64,000 nt of DNA, taken from contig NC_043018.1 of the NCBI RefSeq assembly GCF_006345805.1, forward strand, positions 23,436,001 through 23,500,000. Direction: 5' to 3'. The stretch comes from Octopus sinensis. Lineage: Eukaryota. The position numbers and the translations under genes are program-made. Below the pieces are notes generated by a model. That model was given only the letters and a program-made list of their open reading frames with translations, was not told where the DNA came from and did no database searches. Positions 25,931 through 38,995 of this stretch are shown piece after piece. The first letter of the stretch is position 1. Every line of letters starts with the position of its first letter.

Positions 25931-28900
25931 CACACACATGCATGCTTATATATAGACATGCATTCACATGTATATATATATATATAATTATTAACTAGGA
26001 GAATGAAATGAGCAATTCATTTTATTACATGATTTTACAATTGGTTCATCAATATATTTTGTCAGAAGAGTATCATTCTTGTTATGTGAAATGTGTAACA
26101 ATACATTGCATTATTATTAAACTAATGCAGCAAAAAAAAAATTGATTCCTCAGGTTTATGTATAAAATCCATTTGCTGGATGAACTTGTATTTTCAAGAA
26201 TATATACCCTTTATCCAAGACATTTGTATCATTTCACTTGCCTATCAGCGTTAAAGCAAAAGACAAAACATAATTAACCACAAAATCAAATTAACTGCCC
26301 TACACATAGGATGATTTGATAGAAAAAAGAATAAAGGAATGAAGAAGTAAATAAATAAATGTACACATGAACGAGAAATTAAATAGAAAAATAAGAGATT
26401 GCTCTGTTTTCTGAGCCATTTGTCTGTAAATAGCAGGTGTCTGTTCTGACGTTATTAAGGAAGCTGGATGTACAAGTCCATGTCTATGTAAATTGATACT
26501 GCTGTTGTCTTCAATTAAAGGTCAAAAATTTCCATCATCATTCAATTAAGAGTGAACTACTTGAAGAATCATCTATCAGACTCTCCCACTCTCTTGGATA
26601 CACTGCTAAAGATGTTTTTCTAGATATTCTTTGTTCGTTGTTAAGATGCCTTTCTCCTCTAGTAATAAATCAGAATATTAATTAAAGGAATTTAGAATGC
26701 CTAGAGAATACAAAATTAATTCTCCAGTCATTTTATTAATATATATTTAATATAAAAGTAAATAATTTAAAGCAATAAAAGTAAAAACATCCTGCTAAAT
26801 TAATTCAGTACACACACACACACACACACACACTCATGTACAGATATAGAGACACAAATAAATATATCCACACACAGACACATACATATAAAATTGTGCA
26901 GAAGTGTGTATATTCATTAGATGTAACCAAAGTCAGATGTCCAGAGATTTCTTTGAAGCACAATATCTATTTATATTTCATCTTATTACATTCCAGATAA
27001 TAGTTTTGAAATATCATTTTGAGATTTTCCCAAGATGGATATTAGTTGCAGCTAAAATAATTAATCATTCTCTGGTAAATACTTTTTCCTGTATTTCCTG
27101 AAACTATTTTCAAACCTATGGTTCCACCTCATAATAAGATCTGGATGTTTGTTATTCAATCCTTTGGTTAGAAATATACACAAAATTTCTTTCAAATTGC
27201 ATAATCTGGAATTCCCATTATATGGATATGCAGTTTTTTTTTTTTTTATCACAGACCAAGAAATGCTGTGTTTTGTCTTCTTTTTTGTTAGATTCTAGAC
27301 TAGGTTGGCCAGAGATGTGTTGTTTCTTTGTTTATACGCTTGAATGGACTCAACATAGTTATGTCATTGATCTTTGAAAAAGTAAGACATTGCACAAATA
27401 TATATGTGTTCTAGCACTTGAGGCATTTATATACAGTATTTTTACAGACATTTATTTTTAAGAGGACATAGTTTTATTTCTACAATTGCATTTTTTCATA
27501 TTTTCATTTTATTATGAATACTAGCATCTCATCAAAATACTAACAGTTTTACTAATGATAGAAAATGGTTCATTAATCTATGGGAGAGTCCACTGATAAC
27601 TGTCAGCAATATATATATATATACACACACATGCATGCTTATATATAGACATGCATTCACATGTATATATATATATATATAATTATTAACTAGGAGAATG
27701 AAATGAGCAATTCATTTTATTACATGATTTTACAATGGTTCATCAATATATTTTGTCAGAAGAGTATCATTCTTGTTATGTGAAATGTGTAACAATACAT
27801 TGCATTATTATTAAACTAATGCAGCAAAAAAAAAATTGATTCCTCAGGTTTATGTATAAAATCCATTTGCTGGATGAACTTGTATTTTCAAGAATATATA
27901 CCCTTTATCCAAGACATTTGTATCATTTCACTTGCCTATCAGCGTTAAAGCAAAAGACAAAACATAATTAACCACAAAATCAAATTAACTGCCCTACACA
28001 TAGGATGATTTGATAGAAAAAAGAATAAAGGAATGAAGAAGTAAATAAATAAATGTACACATGAACGAGAAATTAAATAGAAAAATAAGAGATTGCTCTG
28101 TTTTCTGAGCCATTTGTCTGTAAATAGCAGGTGTCTGTTCTGACGTTATTAAGGAAGCTGGATGTACAAGTCCATGTCTATGTAAATTGATACTGCTGTT
28201 GTCTTCAATTAAGGTCAAAAATTTCCATCATCATTCAATTAAGAGTGAACTACTTGAAGAATCATCTATCAGACTCTCCCACTCTCTTGGATACACTGCT
28301 AAAGATGTTTTTCTAGATATTCTTTGTTCGTTGTTAAGATGCCTTTCTTCTCTAGTAATAAATCAGAATATTAATTAAAGGAATTTAGAATGCCTAGAGA
28401 ATACAAAATTAATTCTCCAGTCATTTTATTAATATATATTTAATATAAAAGTAATAATTTAAAGCAATAAAAGTAAAAACATCCTGCTAAATTAATTCAG
28501 TACACACACACACACACACACCACACACACACACACTCATGTACAGATATAGAGACACAAATAAATATATCCACACACAGACACATACATATAAAATTGT
28601 GCAGAAGTGTGTATATTCATTAGATGTAACCAAAGTCAGATGTCCAGAGATTTCTTTGAAGCACAATATCTATTTATATTTCATCTTATTACATTCCAGA
28701 TAATAGTTTTGAAATATCATTTTGAGATTTTCCCAAGATGAATATTAGTTGCAGCTAAAATAATTAATCATTCTCTGGTAAATACTTTTTCCTGTATTTC
28801 CTGAAACTATTTTCAAACCTATGGTTCCACCTCATAATAAGATCTGGATGTTTGTTATTCAATCCTTTGGTTAGAAATATACACAAAATTTCTTTCAAAT

Positions 28901-29320
28901 TGCATAATCTGGAATTCCCATTATATGGATATGCAGTTTTTTTTTTTTTTATCACAGACCAAGAAATGCTGTGTTTTGTCTTCTTTTTTGTTAGATTCTA
29001 GACTAGGTTGGCCAGAGATGTGTTGTTTCTTTGTTTATACGCTTGAATGGACTCAACATAGTTATGTCATTGATCTTTGAAAAAGTAAGACATTGCACAA
29101 ATATATATGTGTTCTAGCACTTGAGGCATTTATATACAGTATTTTTACAGACATTTATTTTTAAGAGGACATAGAGTTTTATTTCTACAATTGCATTTTT
29201 TCATATTTTCATTTTATTATGAATACTAGCATCTCATCAAAAATACTAACAGTTTTACTAATGATAGAAAATGGTTCATTAAATCTATGGGAGAGTCCAC
29301 TGATAACTGTCAGCAATATA
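25915..29320. repeat. Tandem direct duplication, unit ~1.7 kb (about 25915-27610 and 27611-29320)
   Basis: CACACACATGCATGCTT at 25931 and 27624; GGGAGAGTCCACTGATAACTGTCAGCAAT ends both copies. Copies are near-identical and the junctions lie in (TA)n. Confidence 0.95.
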
Positions 29321-29584
29321 TATATATATACATTCACAGCATTGAAGCATGTGAACACATAATTATAACATCTCAGTTGAAAATGTTATTTTCCACTATA
29401 CTCATGGAATGGTTGGCATTAGGAAGGGCATCCAGCTGTAGAAATACTGCCAGATCAGACTGAAGCCTGGTGCAGCCTCCTGGCTTCCCAGACCCCGGTC
29501 GAACCATCCAATCCATGCTAGCATGGAAAACGGACATTAAACGATGAAGATGATGATGATTATATATATATATATATTATATAT

Positions 29585-29640
<56 letters not shown>

Positions 29641-29647
<7 letters not shown>

Positions 29648-30070
29648 GAGAGAGAGAGAGAATGAGAGAGATACTGGTATGTTTGGGTTTATAAGCCAAA
29701 GAGTACATATGTAAAGCAGAGTTTATATAATCTTTAATATATACAATATATTGAAGAAGTTGTCCTTAAGAGTGATTCAAGAGCTTTGTCAATATCTGAT
29801 AAGTACCTTGGTGTGCACACTCCACACACACACACACACACCACACACACACACACACCACACACACATATATATATAGAGAGAGAGAGAATGAGAGAGA
29901 TACTGGTATGTTTGGGTTTATAAGCCAAGAGTACATATGTAAAGCAGAGTTTATATAATCTTTAATATATACAATATATTGAAGAAGTTGTCCTTAAGAG
30001 TGATTCAAGAGCTTTGTCAATATCTGATAAGTACCTTGGTGTGCACACTCCACACACACACACACACACT
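29641..30070. repeat. Tandem direct duplication, period ~229 bp
   Basis: AATGAGAGAGATACTGG at 29661 and 29890; junctions lie in (CA)n/(TA)n/(GA)n. Confidence 0.92.
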
Positions 30071-31122
30071 ACAGTATATTATATTATATTGACATAGTAC
30101 AGTACATATTTCTCTGTTACCTGTCATTTATTTTCTTCCTCCAAATTCTTTCTTCTTTCCATCTTTCCAACGAAGAGCTTCAGCTTGAAATATCAAAGAA
30201 ACTTCTGCTTTGTTAATCATTCATTGATTGAGCATCTACTAATTACCCCTTGTTTTCACTTTGCTTTCTTCGTTCTTATTACCATCATTAATTTTGAGCA
30301 CGTGTACACATATGCAAACGCACGCATGTACATAGTTGAGTGCGTGTGTTTGTGTGTGCAGGTATATGTATAGATATACTTTATCATCAAAAGAGGTCAA
30401 TATCTGTAACAGGGTGAACGGAAACTAGTGAGAATACTAAGTGTGCAATAGTACCACTAGCATTATTAAACCGATCACAATTTCCAGTATAAATACAAAG
30501 CCTTAATGATAATGATTATAATAATATAAATAATTATGATAATAATAGTACCGTGATTAAACACAGTATGTAAACAGATACAATATTATCATCAGACATT
30601 ATCATGACTAACTGTAGGGATGGAAATGGGGTGTGTTTGTTTGCATTTTCCTCAAGGGCGAATGGGGGAATTCACCTATGATTAATAGCGCTTTCATTCA
30701 TACTAACATCTATGATAGTGTAATCTCAATATATATGTATGTATATATATATATGTGTGTGTGTGTGTGGTGTGTGTATATATATATATATATATACTTG
30801 TACAAATGCACAACTAAAGTTTATGTTGTTTATATCTTTGCAGAGAGTGTCTCTTGACGAAATCCTGTCGGCTCCTGATTCTTATTCTTCACTTCGGACC
30901 GTTCTTCTATTTGGAACCTGACCACTGACTGTCTATTTTTATTTATTTACTATTTTTATTTTTATTTTATTTTATTTTTTTTCAATTTTTTACACAACTC
31001 GAAGCCCCCATCTCCCTTTCTTTGGCTTGCCATATTAACTGGCTTCCCACGATAGCCCCCTCCCCCACATACGCCACAAACTACCTCAACATTTGCTCTG
31101 AGCTACAACCAAAACCACCACC

Positions 31123-31230
31123 ATGACTCTGAAGGAGCTGAAGAAAGTGGGTCTCTATGACCCTGAATTTGAGAAAGATTCTTGCGGAGTTGGCTATGTT
31201 GTCAGCATTGATGGCATCGCATCAAACCAG
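31123..31230 (+). CDS. GLT1: GOGAT coding exon 1 (MTLKELKKVGLYDPEFEKDSCGVGYVVSIDGIASNQ)
   Basis: ACCACC-ATG start, in-frame TGA upstream at 31099, GTAAGC donor at 31231. Cys21 is the Ntn-amidotransferase nucleophile in the xDxCGVG motif. Confidence 0.92.
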
Positions 31231-31374
31231 GTAAGCCAGTATCTCTGTTAGTGTCTGTGAGTATATATGAATGCATGAATGATAGTGAAAATTGAAAAAG
31301 TGTTTTCCTCCAACCTACATCTCAGTGGAATAATAATAATGATAATAATAATAATAATGATAATCATTGTTTCA

Positions 31375-33930
31375 TTTATGGACAACAGATTAAACTGTTG
31401 GAAAAAATTCCTAACATTGGGATACAACAAGTAACTTTAGATGCTAAGAACCTTCCTAAGTATTCTACCTGTCCCTAATAATACTGTTTTCTAAGGCTGC
31501 ACTAAACTAAGTTTCATGCCTATTGCCTCTATCCATCTGTTCAAATCTTTAGGAATAATTCCGAATGTACCTATAATTACAGGGATACATTTTACCGTCA
31601 CTTTCCATAGCTTCTATAATTCAGTGGTTAGGTTCTGGTATTTTGCTATTTTCTCTATACCTCTCATATTGACTTCCTCATTATTTGGGACTGTAAAGTC
31701 AATTACCTAACACTTTCTATTCTCTTTGTCTGCTACTACCAAATCAAGCCTTCTAACTTCTATTACTTGGTCGGTCTGAATGTTAAAATTCAACAGTATC
31801 CTACATTTCTTACTTTCTAGCACTTTACTAGGTTCATTTATCAGTATGGTCAAATCCTAGCTTCCCATGTAACTCCTAGTGGATTATTCTCCCTAAGTTG
31901 TCATGTCTTTTCTTGTATTCTTTCTGTGCCATCGCACTACATTCACTAACTATATGAGTAACACCTTCTTCTTTTGATTTACATAAAACCTACAAGGGGA
32001 ATCTATGTGATTTTTGTCTATCTTAGCCTTTATCCAGTTAGTCCTCAATGCTTGATCTTGTGATGCTACCAACAAATTTCTGTCTCCCCTTTTCAGCCTT
32101 CCTTTCTGTAACCACAACCATGTCTCACTATTACTATTTTCTGCAGCTATCTTTGGAAATCTGTCATGCAAAACCTTCTCTTGCCAGTCAGATATCCTTA
32201 CCTTATTTTCCTGGTTTTTAACTACATTTGGCTTCTACTGTTATACTTGCAGCTCTTAATAAAATTTCCTCACTATTTTCTACATAGGAGGCTATATCTA
32301 CTCTAGCTAACTCCACACAGTTTTCTACTGATATTAAATCTCTACCACCTTCCTTTTTAAGTAAATACAACCTTACTTCTCCTTCTCTTGGATGAAGTCT
32401 TCCATTCATATAAAATTCCTTCTTAGTTCTTTTCTGTCCAGATTTGCTAATTCAGATTTTGTCCAATCTACAAAATCTCCTGAATATCGAAGTAACGATA
32501 CTGCCCAAGTATTTACAACCTTCACTAGATTGGGACCATTTAGCTTTGACTTTTTTCACTTCCTCACCCTTCTGATGTACTCTTTCTCAATTTTCTCTCT
32601 CAGTTCTACAGTTACTATCCTGTCAGATTCTAATGCTTCTAGATACTTCTTTCAGTGATTTTAATGTCAGGTCATCTGGTAACTATATGCCCTCACTGCT
32701 GATTACCTTTCCCTTTTCTATGACTAATATTGTGCACTTATCTAAGCCAAATTCCATATCTGTATCTTTGCTGAAGAGTCTTACATTTTTTATTACAGAA
32801 TCTCTTTTTATTCATATCAAAATGTTTTGGATCATCTGTGCAGAGCAAATGGCTAATTTTTCCTTTTACTATCTCTAAACGCATACCCTGCCTTTGCCTT
32901 TCCTAATACTCATACTGTGGTGGGTATTAAACATAACACAAATACTAAATAGAATAACAAGTCCCCCTGGAAAATTCCTCTTTTGACAGTAACTTCCTAT
33001 AAGGCCGTATCACCTGTGTAAATATCTACTTTCAATTTCTTCATGTTGTTACTAATTAACTCTCTTATGTTACCTGCAATACTGAATATTCCCAAACATT
33101 CACTTAGCCATGAATGTGGAATCATGCCATAGGCTTTCTTATAATCTGTCCATGCTATTGTTAAATTTTTCTTTCTAGATTTCACTTCTTTTAGATCCAC
33201 TTTGTTTATGTATAATAGATCATACTTTCATCTTGCTTTCTGTTAACAGCTTCCACACTAATGGTAAGCAAGTGATTGCTCTATAATTACTTGCGATGTT
33301 GCCCTTAATTTTCTCTTTCATAAAGAGTATTGTTCTCCTTCTAGTCATCAAATCTGGTATTACTTCTCCATTCAGGTAGTCCCAAAATAGTTTCCTTAGT
33401 CTCTCATCTAAGCTACTAAATTTCTTTATTTATTTCACGTTGCTCCAGTTCACTCAGCTTAGAAATGAGTTGCAACATCACTGGTGCCAAGCTGTATTGG
33501 CCTTTGCCTTTCCCTTGGGTAACATCAGTGGTATGGAGAGGGGAGGCTGATATGCATGGGTGACTGCTGGTCTTCCATAAACAACCTTGTTCAGACTTGT
33601 GCCTCAGAGGATAACTTTTCCCATTGTTATTCATGACCAAAGGGGGTCTCTACCCTTTACCATTTTATCCTACCCATAACAGAATCTACTTTCTTAGTAA
33701 CATCTAGTAACTTCCTTCTATTAACACCTTATAAAGCTGACAATCTTTTCCTTTCTTCATTACTCATTACTCCCTTCAACTCATCTAAAATCTTCCAAGC
33801 TTCCTTACTTAAGTTGCTGGTTTCAGTTTTCCCATCTTGGTTGGTAGTGCTATTATTTTTTGTTGTAGGCTTCACCTTGGCTTGAACTGTATCACTTATG
33901 CATCTTGCATAATTATGATAATAATAATAA
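31375..33930 (-). mobile_element. Degenerate R4/Dong-like non-LTR retrotransposon (partial RT, WLxxGxLK..AxQDQAL region, RLE C-terminus), with a nested SINE-like insertion at ~33418-33670
   Basis: Minus-strand translations: NIASNYRAITCLPLVWKLL; TIAWTDYKKAYGMIPHSW; WLQKGRLK..LLVASQDQALRTNWIK..CRF; VIDFTVP..EKIAKYQNL..PVIIGTFGIIP..KTVLLGTGRILRKVL* (stop 31437-31439). Stops and frameshifts present. Confidence 0.85.
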
Positions 33931-34150
33931 TAATTATTATTGGTTTTAATTTTTGGCACAAGGCTAGCAATTTTGGGGAGAAATAAGCTGACTCAGTATT
34001 CAGCTGGTACTTATCTTATCGACTCCAAAATGCTGAAAGGCAAAGGTAGCCTTCGCAGAATTTGAACTCGGAATGTAAACATCTAAACACAGATGAAATA
34101 CCACTAGGCAGTTTTGTCCAACATGCTATTATCATTGTTGTTGTTGTTAA

Positions 34151-34208
<58 letters not shown>

Positions 34209-34209
34209 T

Positions 34210-34965
34210 AAGACATCACACAGTATCTGATATCATGATGTTGTTGATTGAAGATATTGTGTCTACCGAGGGTTTGTGCTGTTTGTACTGTCACAACAAG
34301 GACCTCAGACTGACAGTACCTTACATAATATGTGTACTGTTCCAAGTAATGCCAATTATAGGTTATTTCTAAAGTTTCCAGGTGTTTCAGGGACAACCTC
34401 TATGGTTGACTTTTGCAACTGCCACATCTTGGCAATCTCAATTCTAAGGTTTCCATATTTATCAATCTTTTCTCTTTCTTTCATGATAATATATTGATCT
34501 CCTGGCACTGCCACATTGATCATTAGGCACTCTTGTTTGTCCCTCCTAAAGGTGACTATATCTGGCCTTCGATGCTCTTACACCTTGTCTGTCTGGAAGT
34601 CAAACTCCCAGAGGATTTTTGCCTTCCCCTTTTTGCCCATTACCTTTTCCAGTGTATGTTGGTACCAAGCACCCATTACCTCATATCTGTACTTCCGGCA
34701 TAGTAGCCAGTGAAGGTTTTGGGCCACCTTGTCACGTCTGCGCTTGCACTCTTTCTGTGCAAGACTTTCACAAGCATTAACAATGTGAGTCACACTTTTG
34801 ACCCTCTTCCTACACATTCTGCAGAGGCTCATTGCACTTGTGTGGTATATATCCCTTTTTACTGAGTTGGTATTTAATGCCTGAACCTGGGCAGCAATGA
34901 TTAGACTTCCAGTATTTCTCTTAGGTCACCCTTGCTGAGCCACCCCTATGATGCTTCCTGGTCTT
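34210..34965 (-). mobile_element. 5'-truncated R4/Dong-like retrotransposon 3' end (CCHC knuckle plus RLE) ending in (AAT)n
   Basis: CRMCRKRVKSVTHIVNAC..RRDKVAQNLHW..KILWEFDFQTDK..RRPDIV..LGTVHILCKVL; tail merges with the (ATT)n tract at 34157-34208. Confidence 0.85.
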
Positions 34966-35083
34966 TTTAAGTTGTTAGTTTCACAGCGGAACTGACCATG
35001 GGAAGCAAGCTACTTACCACACACCCACTCCTATGTTATTTATTTTTTTGTATATTTCTTCCATTCTTTCCCCCTTCTTACAG

Positions 35084-35214
35084 GTGTTGCAAGATTCTCG
35101 GACCATGCTGCAGCGAATGGAACACAGAGGTGCATGTGCTTGTGACAACGACACCGGAGATGGCGCCGGTGTTCTCACTGCCATTCCTCACAAACTTTAC
35201 GAACAAGACCTGAA
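35084..35214 (+). CDS. GLT1: GOGAT coding exon 2 ([44 protein letters not shown])
   Basis: Pyrimidine tract plus TACAG acceptor, HRGA and GDGAG motifs, GTAAGT donor, phase 2. Confidence 0.95.
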
Positions 35215-36469
35215 GTAAGTAGCATTTCAACCTATTTACTGCGTTGTAAAGTCACTGAAGGTTGTGGTTGTTATTGTTGTTGGTGATGTTGATGTTGTAG
35301 TAGGTTATTGTTGTTGTGGTAGCTATGTGTTGTGTAGTGTTGGTGTTGTTGTTACTATTGTTGTTGCAAGGATGGTGTCAGTTGTTGTGGTTTTGGCTGC
35401 TGTTATTATTGTTACTGGGGGGGGCTGTTAATGTTAATATTGTTGTTATTATTGTTGTTGCTGTTACATTTTCTGTAGTATTGTTACTGTTATTGCTGTA
35501 GTTCTTGTTGTTGTTAATGTGATTGTAATAACCCCCAGGTGAGTGCAGTTCAAGGTGCCTATAACCCAAGGAATTCTACCTCTCCTCTCTCTTTCCCTCT
35601 CCTGCTGGGGAAGCCATGTATTCTCCTCTTTGACAAGACACCTGTTCCTGTCCCTCTATCACACTTCTACCTCCTTCAATACAATGATCCACCCAGTTGA
35701 GGAGTCTTGTCTTGCAAGTACTTGGTTACCTCACTGGTGCTGGTGCTAGAAAAAAACGAGAAAACACTCAGAACACTCCGAAAAGTGGCTGGCATTGGGA
35801 AGGGCATCCAGCTGTAGAAAGCATACCAAAGCAGACACTGGGGCTTTGGTGCCGTCCTCTGGCTTATCAATTCCTATCAAGTCGTCTATCTCATGTCAGC
35901 ATAGAAAATGGGACTTTAAATGACGCCACCGCTGCCACCAATTCCTCCTCCTCCTCCTCCGATGATTAAGCCACAGCACCCCAGAGATACCTGAGCACCC
36001 AACACCATTCCACATAACACTTGAGACACATTAAATATCCAACATTAAGCCATACCACCCCAGAGATATTTATATATTTTATTTGTTCTTTTGTTAGGTT
36101 TTCTCAATTTTCTTTTAAATTTCTACATTTTATTTACCATCTCTACAGTCTGCGTATATGTATGTTAATCCATGTTAACTTAAACTAATCCTTGTTTGGT
36201 CTTGTTAATCAGTTATATGCTAGACAGACTTGGCAGGTGGTACCAATGTGTTGGTAGTGTTAGCCAGTGGTAGCTATGTATTACATAGATTTGGCTGTTG
36301 GTAGTTACCTGTTGGATAGTGTTGGGTTGTGGTATCTCTGTGTTGGTAGTGTTGGCTGGTGGTAGCTATGACAAGATCTTAAAATGTATAAATAGCAACT
36401 TTTTGTTTATTAAACTTCTCTTCTTTTTCTTGGATAGACTTGGCTAATGGTAACTATGTGCTATGTAGT

Positions 36470-38995
36470 GTTGGCTGGTGGTAGCTGTATGTTGTGTAGT
36501 GTTGGCTTGCAGTAGCTATGTGTTGGGTAGAGTTGGCTGGTTGTAGCTATATGTTGGGCAGAGTTGGCTGGTTGTAGCTAGGTGTTGGGCTGGTAGTAGT
36601 TATGTGTTGGGTTGAGTTGGCTAGTGATAGCCATGTGCTGTGCAGAGGTGGCTGGTAGTAACTATGTGTTGGGTAATGTTGGCTAGTGGTAGCCTTGTGT
36701 TAGGCAGAGTTGGCTGGTGGTAGCTATGTGTTGGGCAGAGTTGGCTGATGGTAGCCTTGTATTGGGCAGAGTTGGCTGGTGGTAGCCTTGTGTTAGGCAG
36801 AGTTGGCTGGTGGTAGCTATGTGTTGGGCAGAGTTGGCTGGTGGTAGCTATGTGTTGGGCAGAGTTGGCTGGTGGTAGCTATGTGTTGGGCAGAGTTGGC
36901 TGATGGTAGCCTTGTATTGGGCAGAGTTGGCTGGTGGTAGCCTTATGTTGGGCAGAGTTGGTTGGTGGTAGCTATATGTTGGGCAGAGTTGGCTGGTGGT
37001 AGCTATATGTTGGGCAGAGTTGGCTGGTGGTAGCTATGTGTTGGGCAGAGTTGGCTGGTGGTAGCTATGTGATGGGCAGAGTTGGCTGGTGGTAGCTATA
37101 TGTTGGGCAGAGTTGGCTGGTGGTAGCTATATGTTGGGCAGAGTTGGCTGGTGGTAGCTATATGTTGGGCAGAGTTGGCTGGTGGTAGCTATGTTTTGGG
37201 CAGAGTTGGCTGGTGGTAGCTATGTGTTGAGCAGAGTTGGCTGGTGGTAGCTATATGTTGGGCAGAGTTGGCTGGTGGTAGCTATGTGTTGGGCAGAGTT
37301 GGCTGGTGGTAGCTATGTGTTGGGCAGAGTTGGCTGGTGGTAGCTATGTGTTGGGCAGAGTTGGCTGGTGGTAGCTATATGTTGGGCAGAGTTGGCTGGT
37401 GGTAGCTATGTGTTGGGCAGAGTTGGCTGGTGGTAGCTATGTGTTGGGCAGAGTTGGCTGGTGGTAGCTATGTGTTGGGTAATGTTGGCTGGTGGTAGCC
37501 TTGTGTTAGGCAGAGTTGGCTGGTGGTAGCTATGTATTGGGCAGAGTTGGCTGGCAGTAGCTATATGTTGGGCAGGGTTGGCTGGCGGTAGCTATGTGTT
37601 GGGCAGGGTTGGCTTGTAGCTATGTATTGGGCAGAGTTGGCTGGCAGTAGCTATATGTTGGGCAGGGTTGGCTGGCGGTAGCTATGTGTTGGGCAGGGTT
37701 GGCTGGTAGTAGCTATGTGTTGGGCAGGGTTGGCTGATGGTAGCCTTGTATTGGGCAGAGTTGGTTGGTGGTAGCCTTGTGTTGGGCAGAGTTGGCTGGT
37801 GGTAGCTATATGTTGGGCAGAGTTAGCTGGTGGTAGCTATGTGTTAGGCAGAGCTGGCTGGTGGTAGCTATGTGTTGGGCAGAGTTGGCTGGTGGTAGCT
37901 TTCTGTTGGGCAGAGTTGGCTGGTGGTAGCTATATGTTGGGCAGAGTTGGCTGGTGGTAGCTATGTGTTGGGCAGAGTTGGCTGGCGGTAGCTATGTGTT
38001 GGGCAGAGTTGGCTGGTGGTAGCTATGTGTTGGGCAGAGTTGGCTGGTGGTAGCTATGTGTTGGGTAATGTTGGCTGGTGGTAGCCTTGTGTTAGGCAGA
38101 GTTGGCTGGTGGTAGCTATGTTTTGGGCAGAGTTGGCTGGCAGTAGCTATATGTTGGGCAGGGTTGGCTGGTGGTAGCTATATGTTGGGCAGAGTTGGCT
38201 GGTGGTAGCTATGTGTTGGGCAGAGTTGGCTGGTGGTAGCTATGTGTTGGGCAGTGTTGGCTGGTGGTAGCTATATGTTGGGCAGAGTTGGCTGGTGGTA
38301 GCTATATGTTGGGCAGGGTTGGCTTGTAGTAGCTATGTATTGGGCAGAGTTGGCTGGCAGTAGCTATATGTTGGGCAGGGTTGGCTGGCGGTAGCTATGT
38401 GTTGGGCAGGGTTGGCTGGTAGTAGCTATGTGTTGGGCAGAGTTGGCTGATGGTAGCCTTGTATTGGGCAGAGTTGGTTGGTGGTAGCCTTGTGTTGGGC
38501 ATAGTTGGCTGGTGGTAGCTATATGTTGGGCAGAGTTGGCTGGTGGTAGCTATGTGTTGGGCAGAGTTGGCTGGTGGTAGCCTTGTGTTGGGCAGAGTTG
38601 GCTGATGGTAGCTATGTATTGGGCAGAGTTGGCTGGTGGTAGCTATGTATTGGGCAGAGTTGGCTGGTGGTAGCTATGTTTTGGGCAGAGTTGGCTGGTG
38701 GTAGCTATGTGTTGGGTAATGTTGGCTGGTGGTAGCCTTGTGTTAGGCAGAGTTGGCTGGTGGTAGCTATGTATTGGGCAGAGTTGGCTGGCAGTAGCTA
38801 TATGTTGGGCAGGGTTGGCTGGCGGTAGCTATGTGTTGGGCAGGGTTAGCTGGCAGTAGCTATATGTTGGGCAGGGTTGGCTGGCAGTAGCTATATGTTG
38901 GGCAGGGTTGGCTGGCAGTAGCTATGTGTTGGGCAGAGTTGGCTGATGGTAGCCTTGTGTTGAGCAGAGTTGGCTGGTGGTAGCTATGTGTTAAG
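36470..38995. repeat. 31-bp minisatellite, ~80 copies (GTGGTAGCTATGTGTTGGGCAGAGTTGGCTG), in intron 2
   Basis: Direct reading of the unit; the variant GGGTAATGTT recurs at 36671, 37477, 38063 and 38714. Confidence 0.95.

Noticed and set aside
30410-31122. Possible promoter or 5' UTR exon (TTTGCAG acceptor at 30843, modest CpG enrichment near 30300-30480)
   Set aside because: Plausible but cannot be supported without transcript data.
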